From positions 60,264-124,263 of the forward strand of contig WGLX01000011.1 of assembly GCA_016125355.1 (NCBI GenBank): a DNA stretch of 64,000 nucleotides, read 5' to 3'. This DNA comes from Actinomycetales bacterium. Its GTDB lineage: Bacteria > Actinomycetota > Actinomycetes > S36-B12. This document shows positions 42,019-51,868 of this stretch, one piece after another. The translations under genes were made by a program, and so were the position numbers. The notes below the pieces were generated by a model. The model saw only the letters and a program-made list of their open reading frames with translations, ran no database searches and was not told the origin of the DNA. Within the stretch, counting starts at the first letter, position 1. Each line of letters opens with the position of its first letter.

Positions 42019-42074
42019 GACTGCTACGCCATTCACGGCATGGATGCCCCCTTGCGACGAATGCCGTAGCAGTC
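42019..42074. repeat. long-stem hairpin repeat, family D, copy 1 (left arm degenerate)
   Basis: gactgctacgccattcacggcatgg-atgccc-ccttgcgacgaatgccgtagcagtc. Its end overlaps the stop codon of CDS 42073..42996. Confidence 0.85.
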
Positions 42075-42996
42075 ACCGGAGCAGGGCCGCGCGCAGTTTC
42101 CGCTCGAGGGTCGGTCCGCCGCGGGCCAGGTCGCTCCAACCCCAACGGATGACGACCAGGCCCAGCGCCCGGAGCCGATCCTCCCGCCGCTTCTCCGCGT
42201 ACAGCGCCTCACGGGTGTCGTACTTCACCTGCCCGTCAGCCTCGCCGACCACGCGCGCGTGCGCCCACCAGAAGTCGACTCGACCGACGAACCCCTCCTG
42301 ATCCCAGAACTCGTGCTGGAGCTCGGGAGCAGGGAGTCCCCACTCGTGGAAGCGGGCGGCCGACCAGGATTCCAGGGCAGTCTCCCGCAGGCCGCTGAGC
42401 AAGGGAAGGGCGGCGGCCGCCCGGCGCCTCCCGCGCACGCCGCCGAGACGGTCGAGGACTGCGGCCGCGTCGACGACGTCAAGGCAGCCGTTGCGAACCG
42501 CGCGATCGCCCGCGGCCAGGGCGTCCCGGAGTGGCAGGGTTCGCGCGACGTCTACCCACGTTCGGGCCGACGTCGTCAGGCGCACTCCGGTGTCGGCCAC
42601 GTCCTCGCCGGCCAGGGTCAACTGGCGATATCGCACACCGTCGCGGATTCCCGTCCAGGCTCCAGGCGGTACGGCCAACTGAACGAGGTCCGGCGGTGGG
42701 CTGACCAGGGGGAGTCCGTCCACGATGGCGGCCGACTCGAACGCGACGACAGCCTGCTCGTGACGCCGGACGGCTGCTGCCGCGCGCAGAGCGTGCTCCA
42801 CGCGTTCAGCGCTATGGAGATCCAGGCCCCGGGGGCCAGCGACCCGGCGCAGGTACATCCCGGTCTGGAGCACCTGCCACTGCCCGCTGCGGACCCGATG
42901 CTGGATCTGGCCGTCGGACAGACCCGCGGACAGGGCCTGCCTCCGGGAGACCAGGAAGCCGAGGATGGGTGGGTCGGGCGCGGTGAGTCGGGGCAT
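42073..42996 (-). CDS. DUF559/endonuclease-like protein with an AbiEi-type N-terminal wHTH domain
   Basis: N-terminus LVSRRQALSAGLSDGQIQHRVRSGQWQVLQTGMY and C-terminus GRVDFWW...GEADGQVKY...REDRLRALGLVVIRWGWSDL are typical of this very common actinobacterial family. A TTG alternative start lies at 43008. Confidence 0.7.
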   Translation of the reverse strand: MPRLTAPDPPILGFLVSRRQALSAGLSDGQIQHRVRSGQWQVLQTGMYLRRVAGPRGLDLHSAERVEHALRAAAAVRRHEQAVVAFESAAIVDGLPLVSPPPDLVQLAVPPGAWTGIRDGVRYRQLTLAGEDVADTGVRLTTSARTWVDVARTLPLRDALAAGDRAVRNGCLDVVDAAAVLDRLGGVRGRRRAAAALPLLSGLRETALESWSAARFHEWGLPAPELQHEFWDQEGFVGRVDFWWAHARVVGEADGQVKYDTREALYAEKRREDRLRALGLVVIRWGWSDLARGGPTLERKLRAALLR

Positions 42997-43063
42997 GCCG
43001 CGACCCAAACCGGTAGACGGTCCCTCGGCAACCGCCCATCCACAGCTTCCCCGCCAGGCATCT

Positions 43064-43119
43064 CACTGCTACGGCATTCGTCGCAAGGCGGGGCCGTTGC
43101 GACGAATGCCGTAGCAGTC
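43064..43119. repeat. long-stem hairpin repeat, family D, copy 2 (perfect 22-bp stem)
   Basis: actgctacggcattcgtcgcaa-ggcggggccg-ttgcgacgaatgccgtagcagt, 12 nt downstream of the msiK-like stop on the minus strand. Confidence 0.9.
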
Positions 43120-43131
43120 GGGGGTGGGGGG

Positions 43132-44202
<1,071 letters not shown>

Positions 44203-44556
44203 GCTGACTCCTTCTACCGGCAGGAACGTGCCGGACGATCCGAAGTGGAAGGTGCGCCCGGGCGGGCGCTGGCACCACCGTAGCGAAGACCGGGCGTGGA
44301 GGGGAGCGGCTCGGCCCGTTCCGATGTCCGGTCGGCACGGTGGGACGGGTGCCTCCCGTGCAACTCGTTTACATGAATCCCATCAGCGCCGGTATATCAA
44401 ATCGTGATGTATTTGTTGCTTTTCGGGCGCCTGCAGGGGTTGCGACAGGCAACGGGGGCGCGAAAGGATGACAGCGTTTACGTCGCCCCGGAACATGGGC
44501 AGACGCAGCATCGACGGGGACCTTCCCCGTCGAATCCGATCAGGCAAGGAGAATCC

Positions 44557-45969
44557 ATGACCGCAACCATGCGGCGTCGTGGAGCAGCGCTGGTGATGGG
44601 CGGTGTGGCAGCAACCATGCTGCTCGCGGCCTGCGGCGGCAGCAGCTCCTCAAGCGAAGCAAGCAGCGCGCCCGCTGCGTCCACGGGAGCCAGCGCAGCC
44701 GCGAGCGGCGGCGCCGTAGCCGCGGGCTGCGAGGCCTACGCGGACTACATGGGCCACGAGGGCACGAAGGTGACCCTGTTCACCTCGGTCCTGCCGCCCG
44801 AGCAGCAGCGCTACGAGGATGCCTGGAAGCCCTTCGAGGACTGCACCGGCATCGACATCGTCTACGAGGGCAGCGACCAGTTCGAGGCGCAGCTGCCGAC
44901 CCGCATCGCGGGCGGCAACGCCCCCGACCTCGCGTGGATCCCGCAGCCGGGCCTGCTCCAGAAGCTCGTCCAGCAGGGCGGCCCCGTGGCGGCACCCCAG
45001 GCGGTCGCGGACAACGTCGACAAGTACTGGAACCCGGCGTGGAAGACCTACGGCACGGTCGACGGCACCTTCTACGGCGCGCCGAACAGCTCGAACATGA
45101 AGTCCCTCGTGTGGTACTCGCCGAAGGTCTTCGCGGAGAAGGGCTACACCGTCCCGACCACGTGGGATGAGCTCTTCGCCCTCAGCGACCAGATGGTCAA
45201 GGACGGCATCAAGCCGTGGTGCGGCGGCATCGAGTCCGGCGGCGCCACCGGTTGGCCGGCCACCGACTGGCTCGAGCAGATCGTCCTGCGTCAGCAGGGT
45301 GGCGACGTGTACGACCAGTGGGTCAGCCACCAGGTCCTCTTCAACTCGCCCGAGATCAACCAGGCGATGGACACCCTCGCTGGCTGGATGAAGAACCCCG
45401 ACTACGTCAACGGTGGCTTCGGCAATGTCCAGACCATCGCGACGACCGCCTTCCAGGATGCGGGCAAGCCGATCCTCGACGGCAAGTGCGGGATGCTCCA
45501 GCAGGCGTCCTTCTACGCCGCCCAGTGGGCGTCGTTCAAGGCTGACGCCACGGTGGCCGAGGACGGCGACGTGTTCGCCTTCTTCCTGCCGCAGATCAGC
45601 GACCAGTTCCCGAACCCGGTCGTCGGCGGTGGCGAGTTCACCACGGCGTTCTCGGATCGTCCTGAGGTCCAGGCTGTCCAGACCTACCTGTCCTCCCCGG
45701 AGTACGCGACCGCTCGTGCGGCGCAGCCCGGCGGCTGGGTGTCTGCCAACAGCGGCGTGCCGATCGACACCTACACGGATCCGATCTCGAAGCTGTCCGC
45801 TCAGTTCCTCACGGACCCGAACGGCATCTTCCGGTTCGACGCTTCTGACCTGATGCCGGCCGCGGTCGGTGCCGGTGCGGAGTGGACGCAGATGACGGCG
45901 TGGTTCGCCGAGGACAAGCCCACCAAGGACGTCCTCCAGGCGATCGACGACGCGTGGCCCGCGTCCTGA
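44557..45969 (+). CDS. sugar ABC transporter substrate-binding lipoprotein (CebE-like, cellobiose/beta-glucoside type suspected)
   Basis: ATG 44557 is preceded by AAGGAG. Lipobox MLLAAC followed by a Ser/Ala-rich linker. Followed by two permeases and a GH1 beta-glucosidase. Confidence 0.8.
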   Translation: MTATMRRRGAALVMGGVAATMLLAACGGSSSSSEASSAPAASTGASAAASGGAVAAGCEAYADYMGHEGTKVTLFTSVLPPEQQRYEDAWKPFEDCTGIDIVYEGSDQFEAQLPTRIAGGNAPDLAWIPQPGLLQKLVQQGGPVAAPQAVADNVDKYWNPAWKTYGTVDGTFYGAPNSSNMKSLVWYSPKVFAEKGYTVPTTWDELFALSDQMVKDGIKPWCGGIESGGATGWPATDWLEQIVLRQQGGDVYDQWVSHQVLFNSPEINQAMDTLAGWMKNPDYVNGGFGNVQTIATTAFQDAGKPILDGKCGMLQQASFYAAQWASFKADATVAEDGDVFAFFLPQISDQFPNPVVGGGEFTTAFSDRPEVQAVQTYLSSPEYATARAAQPGGWVSANSGVPIDTYTDPISKLSAQFLTDPNGIFRFDASDLMPAAVGAGAEWTQMTAWFAEDKPTKDVLQAIDDAWPAS

Positions 45970-45999
45970 TCCAGTCACTAGGCCAGATGCAGTAAACGA

Positions 46000-46052
46000 C
46001 TGAGGGCCGGGGCTCCGAGGGTGTAGACACACTCTTGGATCCCGGCCCTCAG
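46000..46052 (+). other. intra-operon hairpin between the binding-protein and permease genes
   Basis: ctgagggccggg ... cccggccctcag forms a 12-bp stem enclosing a 29-nt loop. Confidence 0.6.
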
Positions 46053-46121
46053 CCGTGACAGGTGCGGGCAGGACCGGCGGAGCCGCTACTAGACCGCGAA
46101 GTGCGAGACGAGGGAGGTTTG

Positions 46122-47102
46122 GTGGAGCAACTCACCAGCGGACTGGCAAAGGTCGGCACGGCGCTGGGAGCAGTGGCGATCGTCCTCGGACTGCTGCTCA
46201 TCATCTTCTTCGTGGGTGCCCGGGCGAAGGGCAAGCTGCAGTTCCCCGCGGCGATCATCGTCTTCCTCGGGCCGGCGATCCTGCTGCTCGCCTACGGCCT
46301 CATCGCCCCGGCCTTCCTCACCACCGTCGGCAGCTTCAAGGGCCCCAACGGCCAGGACTTCGTGGGCCTGCAGAACTACGGGTGGATCTTCACCGTCGAG
46401 GCCAATCGCACCTTCCTCATCAACACGGTCCTGTGGATCGTGATCGCACCCCTGTTCTCCACGGGCATCGGCCTCATGCTTGCCCTGCTCCTGGACCGGA
46501 TGCGTCGGGAGTCGATTTCCAAGTCGCTGATCTTCATGCCGATGGCCATCTCGTTCGTGGGCGCGGGCATCATCTGGGGCTTGGTCTACGAGTACCGCGA
46601 CCCGTCGCAGGAGCAGGTGGGACTGCTGAGCCAGATCGTCATGTGGCTGGGCGTGAAGGAGCCGCCCAACTGGCTGCTCTTCCAGCCCTGGAACAACTTC
46701 TTCCTGATGGTCATCATGATCTGGATCCAGGTCGGCTTCGCGATGGTCGTCCTGTCAGCGGCCATCAAGGCGATTCCCGGCGACGTCGTCGAGGCCGCTG
46801 AGCTCGACGGCGCCACCGGCTGGAAGCTGTTCAGCCGCGTGACCATTCCCATGGTCCGCAGCACCCTGATCGTGGTCCTGACGACGATCATCATCGCGGT
46901 CCTGAAGGTCTTCGACATCGTCCGTGTCATGACCAACGGCAACTTCGGAACCCAGGTCGTGGCCAATGAGATGTATGCGCAGGCGTTCGTGCAGTTCGAC
47001 GTCGGCCGCGGCAGCGCACTCGCAGTCGTTCTCTTCGTGGCGATCATCCCGCTGATCGCCTACAACGTCATCCAGCTGCGGAAGGAGCGGACGATCCGAT
47101 GA
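46122..47102 (+). CDS. ABC sugar permease (CebF-like)
   Basis: GTG 46122 follows GGGAGG; the ORF-track start is 46062. Six TM helices and EAA loop EAAELDGATGWKLFSRVTIPM. Confidence 0.85.
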   Translation: MEQLTSGLAKVGTALGAVAIVLGLLLIIFFVGARAKGKLQFPAAIIVFLGPAILLLAYGLIAPAFLTTVGSFKGPNGQDFVGLQNYGWIFTVEANRTFLINTVLWIVIAPLFSTGIGLMLALLLDRMRRESISKSLIFMPMAISFVGAGIIWGLVYEYRDPSQEQVGLLSQIVMWLGVKEPPNWLLFQPWNNFFLMVIMIWIQVGFAMVVLSAAIKAIPGDVVEAAELDGATGWKLFSRVTIPMVRSTLIVVLTTIIIAVLKVFDIVRVMTNGNFGTQVVANEMYAQAFVQFDVGRGSALAVVLFVAIIPLIAYNVIQLRKERTIR

Positions 47103-48076
47103 GCGTCGAAGCACACGAGGTCGTCCCGATCCCCGTACCCCGCGAGGAGTCCATCCCCGAGGCGGCCCGCCGCAAGCTCAGCAGTCCCTGGGCGTCCGGG
47201 TTGGTCATCCTGATCACCATCCTGTGGACCATCCCGACCTTCGGGCTGCTGGTCACCTCGTTGCGGCCCGCCGAGGACGCGACCAGCAGCGGCTGGTGGA
47301 CGATCTTCACCAACCCGACCCTGACGCTGCACAACTACAGCGAGGTCATCACCGGCGGCAACGTCATCCCCAACGGCATCGCCCCGTACTTCTTCAACTC
47401 CTTCGCCATCGCCATTCCGGCTGCGATCTTCCCGCTCGTGATCGCCTCGATGGCCGCGTACGCCATCGCCTGGATCCCGTTCCGTGGAGCGACGATCATC
47501 TTCTTCGTGATCTTCGCGCTCCAGGTGATCCCGCTGCAGATGTCGCTGCTGCCGCTGCTGAAGATGTTCAACACGGGATGGAGCCTGGGGCCGATTCCGC
47601 TGTTCCCGGACTTGAACAAACCCGGCTCCGAGCAATCCATCTTCGTCGGGACCTACATCCCGTTGTGGGTGGCGCACACGATGTTCGCACTCCCGCTGGC
47701 GATCTTCCTTCTGCACAACTTCGTCAGCCAGCTGCCGCGTGAGTTGTTCGAGGCGGCCCGCGTGGATGGCGCCAGCCACTTCCTGATCTTCCGGAAGCTG
47801 GTCCTGCCGCTCACGGTCCCGGCCATCGCCTCGTTCGCGATCTTCCAGTTCCTCTGGGTGTGGAACGACCTGCTCGTCGCCCTCACCTTCGCAGGCGGCA
47901 CGCCCGACGTGGCACCGATCACGGCCTATCTGGCGAATATCAAGGGCTCCTATGGAGCCCAACTGCACCTGATCACGGCAGGTGCGTTCGTCGCCATCAT
48001 CGTGCCGCTGATCGTGTTCTTCTCGCTGCAGAGGTTCTTCGTCCGCGGCCTGCTCGCCGGCTCCGTCAAGGGATAG
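47099..48076 (+). CDS. ABC sugar permease (CebG-like)
   Basis: 325 aa with EAA loop EAARVDGASHFLIFRKLVLPL. 4-nt overlap with the previous gene. Confidence 0.88.
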   Translation: MSVEAHEVVPIPVPREESIPEAARRKLSSPWASGLVILITILWTIPTFGLLVTSLRPAEDATSSGWWTIFTNPTLTLHNYSEVITGGNVIPNGIAPYFFNSFAIAIPAAIFPLVIASMAAYAIAWIPFRGATIIFFVIFALQVIPLQMSLLPLLKMFNTGWSLGPIPLFPDLNKPGSEQSIFVGTYIPLWVAHTMFALPLAIFLLHNFVSQLPRELFEAARVDGASHFLIFRKLVLPLTVPAIASFAIFQFLWVWNDLLVALTFAGGTPDVAPITAYLANIKGSYGAQLHLITAGAFVAIIVPLIVFFSLQRFFVRGLLAGSVKG

Positions 48077-48078
48077 CC

Positions 48079-49425
48079 ATGGCGATCGACTTCCCACCCG
48101 GGTTCGAACTCGGCGTGGCCACCTCGGCGTGGCAGATCGAGGGCGACGTAGCGGGCCGCGGCCGCTGCAACTGGGACGACTTCTCGGAGCGCCCCGGTGC
48201 CGTCGTCGACGGGGCCACCGGGGAGCCGGCGTGCGATCACGTGCACCGGCTCGAGGAGGACCTCGACCTGCTGATGTGGATGGGCGTGGACGCCTACCGA
48301 TTCTCCATCTCGTGGCCGAGGGCCATGGACGGTGATCGCCTGCGGCCGGAGGGCATCGACTTCTACGACCGCCTCATCGACGGGCTCCTGGCCCGCGGGA
48401 TCCGGCCCGTGGCGACGCTGTTCCACTGGGACCTGCCGAGCGAGCTCGAGGCCGCTGGCGGGTGGCCCAACCGCGACACGGCGCTCCGGTTCGCCGATTA
48501 CGCGGCGGCCATGGGGGAGCGCTACGCGGATCGCGTGGACCGCTGGGCCACGCTCAACGAGCCATGGTGCTCGGCCTTCCTGGGCTACTGCTCCGGCTAC
48601 TTCGCCCCCGGCCGCAAGGAGCCGGGTGCATCCCTCGCCGCCGCCTACCACCTGATCCTCGGGCACGGCCTGGCGATCGAGCGGCTGCGCTCGGCCGGGG
48701 CCCGCAACCTCGGGATCGTGCTGAACGTGATCCCGGTGATCAGCGAGACCGAGTCGATGGACGACGCCACCCGGCACGTCGACGCCGTCCAGAACCGGAT
48801 CTTCCTCGACCTGCTGGCCGGCAGGGGCGTTCCTGCGGACCTGAGGCAGTCTGCGTCCTCGGTGACGGACTGGTCCTTCGTCCGGGAGGACGACAACGCC
48901 GTCCTCTCCGCCCCCATCGACTGGATCGGCGAGAACTACTACTCGGTGATGCGCGTGGCCGAGCCCGACCTGGACAACACCGCGGCGATCGGGCAGGACA
49001 CTGCGGCCTTCCCGGCATGTCCACCCCTGCGCTTCGCTCCGCGCCCGCCGTTCACGGACATGGGCTGGGAGATCCTGCCGGAGGGCATCGAGCTGGCCCT
49101 GCGCGAGATCACCGACCACCTTCCCGGCGTGCCGATCTGGATCTGCGAGAACGGCGCCGCCGTGGAGGAGGTCACCGATGCGGACGGCATCCACGATGCG
49201 GTCCGGATCGAGTACATCGACGACCACCTGCGTGCCCTGACCCGTGCGGTCGAAAGGGGTTTCGACGTGCGCGGGTACTACGCGTGGAGCCTGATGGACA
49301 ACCTCGAGTGGGCGTCGGGCTGGACGAAGAAGTTCGGCATGATCCGCGTGGACCCGGAGACGGGAACCCGCACGCCCAAGGACAGCGCCCGCTGGTACCG
49401 GGACGTGCTGGCCGCGCGCCCCTGA
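48079..49425 (+). CDS. GH1 beta-glucosidase (BglC-like)
   Basis: ATG 48079. GH1 motifs FELGVATSAWQIEG, TLNEPW (acid/base Glu) and ICENGAA (nucleophile Glu). Confidence 0.92.
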   Translation: MAIDFPPGFELGVATSAWQIEGDVAGRGRCNWDDFSERPGAVVDGATGEPACDHVHRLEEDLDLLMWMGVDAYRFSISWPRAMDGDRLRPEGIDFYDRLIDGLLARGIRPVATLFHWDLPSELEAAGGWPNRDTALRFADYAAAMGERYADRVDRWATLNEPWCSAFLGYCSGYFAPGRKEPGASLAAAYHLILGHGLAIERLRSAGARNLGIVLNVIPVISETESMDDATRHVDAVQNRIFLDLLAGRGVPADLRQSASSVTDWSFVREDDNAVLSAPIDWIGENYYSVMRVAEPDLDNTAAIGQDTAAFPACPPLRFAPRPPFTDMGWEILPEGIELALREITDHLPGVPIWICENGAAVEEVTDADGIHDAVRIEYIDDHLRALTRAVERGFDVRGYYAWSLMDNLEWASGWTKKFGMIRVDPETGTRTPKDSARWYRDVLAARP

Positions 49426-49426
49426 C

Positions 49427-50386
49427 GTGCTCCACCTGCCCGACGCCTGGGTCTGGGACTCGTGGTACTTCGACGACGGTGAGCGCTTCCACGCCTTCTA
49501 CCTGAAGGCCTCGCGTGCGCTGCATGATCCCGATGCGCGTCATCATCGGGCCGCGATCGGCCACGCCGTCTCGACGGACCTCCGGGCCTGGCAGGAGCTG
49601 CCGGACGCCCTCGTCCACTCGGACGGACCGGCCTTCGACGACCTGGCCACGTGGACGGGATCGACCATCGTTGGCCCCGACGGCCGTTTCCACCTCTTCT
49701 ACACGGGCGTCGACCGCGCGCACTCCGATCGCGTCCAGCGCATCGGGCATGCGGTGTCGGCCGACCTCCTGTCGTGGAACCGGGTGCCGGCTCCGCCGAT
49801 CGAGGCCGACCCGCGCTACTACGAGGCGCTCGGCTCCGGCAGCCGGTACTCGCCGTGGCGTGATCCCTGGGTGTTCCGTGACGAGGGAGCGGGCACCTGG
49901 CGGATGCTGGTGACGGCCTCGTTGGCGGAACCGATTCGCGGTGCGCGGGGGTGCATCGGGACGGCGGTCTCGGATGACATGGTGACCTGGAGGGTCGAGC
50001 CACCCCTGTCCGAGCCCGCAGGATTCAGCATGCTCGAGGTGCCCCAGACGCTGGCGGTGGACGGCTCCTTCGTCCTCGTGTGGTGCATGCGGGACATCGA
50101 CCACGGTGACCAGGCGGTGCCGCCAGCGGACGGTGGCCCGCCGATCACGGGGACGTGGTCGGCGCCGGCGGACTCCCCGGCCGGGCCCTTCCACCTCGAC
50201 CGTGCGGAGCCGATCCGGCTGCCCGGCCTGTACGCCGGTCGGGTGATGCGGGATCGAGCGGGCGGGCTCCAGTTCATCGCCTTCGTCGACCGCGAACCCG
50301 ACGGGCGCTTCGGCGGATACCTGACCGATCCCGTGCCCCTCGTGGTGACCGAGCGGGGAACTCTGCAACCGGCCCCGCACTCCTGA
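49427..50386 (+). CDS. GH-J clan (GH32/GH68-like) five-bladed beta-propeller glycoside hydrolase, no signal peptide
   Basis: N-terminal WVWDSW (nucleophile-Asp motif of the clan) and RDPWVF (RDP motif). 319 aa. GTG start 1 nt after the bglC-like stop. Confidence 0.65.
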   Translation: MLHLPDAWVWDSWYFDDGERFHAFYLKASRALHDPDARHHRAAIGHAVSTDLRAWQELPDALVHSDGPAFDDLATWTGSTIVGPDGRFHLFYTGVDRAHSDRVQRIGHAVSADLLSWNRVPAPPIEADPRYYEALGSGSRYSPWRDPWVFRDEGAGTWRMLVTASLAEPIRGARGCIGTAVSDDMVTWRVEPPLSEPAGFSMLEVPQTLAVDGSFVLVWCMRDIDHGDQAVPPADGGPPITGTWSAPADSPAGPFHLDRAEPIRLPGLYAGRVMRDRAGGLQFIAFVDREPDGRFGGYLTDPVPLVVTERGTLQPAPHS

Positions 50387-50407
50387 TCATTGGTCCAGAC
50401 TGGCGGT

Positions 50408-51091
50408 ATGCGAAACACCACGATCAGCATCGACGGTCAGGACGTCCCCGGCGTCATCGCGATCCCCGAGTCCGGGACCGGGCCGGGCGTCATCGTCATC
50501 CAGGAGTGGTGGGGGCTGGTCCCGCACATCGTCGACCTGGTGCAGCGGTTCGCCGCCGCCGGCTACGTCGCCCTCGCCGTCGACCACTACCGGGGAGTCG
50601 AGACGACCGAGCCGGATGAGGCGCAGAAGCTCATGATGGGCCTCAACATCGATCAGGTGGCGGCTGATCTCGCGGCCGCGGCGACCGATCTGCTGAGCAG
50701 GCCGGAGGTCGCCGGCTCCAAGATCGGCGTGGTCGGCTTCTGCATGGGTGGCGGCCTCGCGCTGCTCGCTCCCACGGTCTCAGACGACATCGACTGCGCC
50801 GTGGCGTTCTACCCGGCGATGCCCTGGCCGCACTACGCGCCCGACTGGTCCCGCTACACGGGCAAGGCGGCAGTGGTGAACAAGGCCGAGTCGGACGAGG
50901 CGAGCAACGGACCGGCCATCGCCGAGTACACGGCTGCCATCGCGGAGGCGGGCGGAGACGTCGCGGTGTTCGACTATCCCGGCAGCGTGCACGCCTTCTT
51001 CAACGATGCCCGACCGGAGGTGTTCCAGCCGGAGAACTCCGAGGCGGCCTGGCAGGTGACCCTCGAGTTCCTGAATGCCCGACTCGGGTAG
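50408..51091 (+). CDS. dienelactone hydrolase-family alpha/beta hydrolase
   Basis: GVIVIQEWWGL and the nucleophile motif GFCMGG are typical of the DLH family. An alternative start lies at 50390. Confidence 0.85.
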   Translation: MRNTTISIDGQDVPGVIAIPESGTGPGVIVIQEWWGLVPHIVDLVQRFAAAGYVALAVDHYRGVETTEPDEAQKLMMGLNIDQVAADLAAAATDLLSRPEVAGSKIGVVGFCMGGGLALLAPTVSDDIDCAVAFYPAMPWPHYAPDWSRYTGKAAVVNKAESDEASNGPAIAEYTAAIAEAGGDVAVFDYPGSVHAFFNDARPEVFQPENSEAAWQVTLEFLNARLG

Positions 51092-51782
51092 CCCGCGCTC
51101 CCTCGCCTCCCTGGACCGGGCCATCGCCACCTGCCGACGCTGCCCGCGCCTGGTGGCGTGGCGCGAGGAGGTGGCGGTCACCAAGCGGGCCGCGTTCGCC
51201 GACGAGGAGTACTGGGGCCGACCCGTCCCGGGGTTCGGCGCGTCCCGTCCGGTGATCTGGATCGTGGGTCTGGCCCCAGCGGCGCATGGCGCGAACCGCA
51301 CGGGACGCATGTTCACGGGGGACCGCAGCGGCGACTGGCTGTTCGCCTCGCTGCACCGCGTCGGACTGGCCGGCCAGCCCACGTCCACCTCGCGGTCCGA
51401 TGGCCAGCGGCTGAACGGAGTCCGGATCACCGCCGCCGTCCACTGCGCCCCACCGGCCAACAAGCCGACCAAGGAGGAGGAACGCACCTGCTCGACCTGG
51501 CTGGACGACGAGCTCCGCATCATCGAACCGTCTGTGCGGGTCACGGTGGCCCTCGGCGGCATTGCCTGGCAGGCCGCTCGACGGGTCATGGAGCGGGCGG
51601 GGTGGCAGGTGCCGCGCGTGCCTTTCGGGCACGGCGCGGAGGCCGAGGTCCATACCGGCCGGACGACCATCACACTGCTCGGTTCGTACCACCCCAGCCA
51701 GCAGAACACCTTCACCGGGCGCCTCACCGAGCCGATGCTCGACGCGGTGATGACGCGGGCCCGCGACCTCGGCTCGGCCTAG
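51075..51782 (+). CDS. uracil-DNA glycosylase, family 5 (UdgB-like, Fe-S)
   Basis: CRRCPRL cysteine cluster, GLAPAAHGANRTGRMFTGD motif, and HPSQQN near the C-terminus. Confidence 0.85.
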   Translation: MPDSGSPRSLASLDRAIATCRRCPRLVAWREEVAVTKRAAFADEEYWGRPVPGFGASRPVIWIVGLAPAAHGANRTGRMFTGDRSGDWLFASLHRVGLAGQPTSTSRSDGQRLNGVRITAAVHCAPPANKPTKEEERTCSTWLDDELRIIEPSVRVTVALGGIAWQAARRVMERAGWQVPRVPFGHGAEAEVHTGRTTITLLGSYHPSQQNTFTGRLTEPMLDAVMTRARDLGSA

Positions 51783-51794
51783 GCTGGGGAACCG

Positions 51795-51868
51795 GCCCCT
51801 GTAGTCCAATTGGCAGAGACACCCGGCTTAAACCCGGCACAGTGTGGGTTCAACTCCCACCGGGGGCA
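51795..51868 (+). tRNA. atypical class-I-shaped tRNA with anticodon UAA (formally Leu/UUA); identity uncertain
   Basis: Manual fold: acceptor GCCCCTG/CGGGGGC, D stem GTC/GAC with an AATTGGCA-type loop, anticodon stem CCGG/CCGG plus a C27:C43 mismatch, loop CTTAAAC, 5-nt variable loop ACAGT, T arm GTGGG-TTCAACT-CCCAC, discriminator A. Confidence 0.65.
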
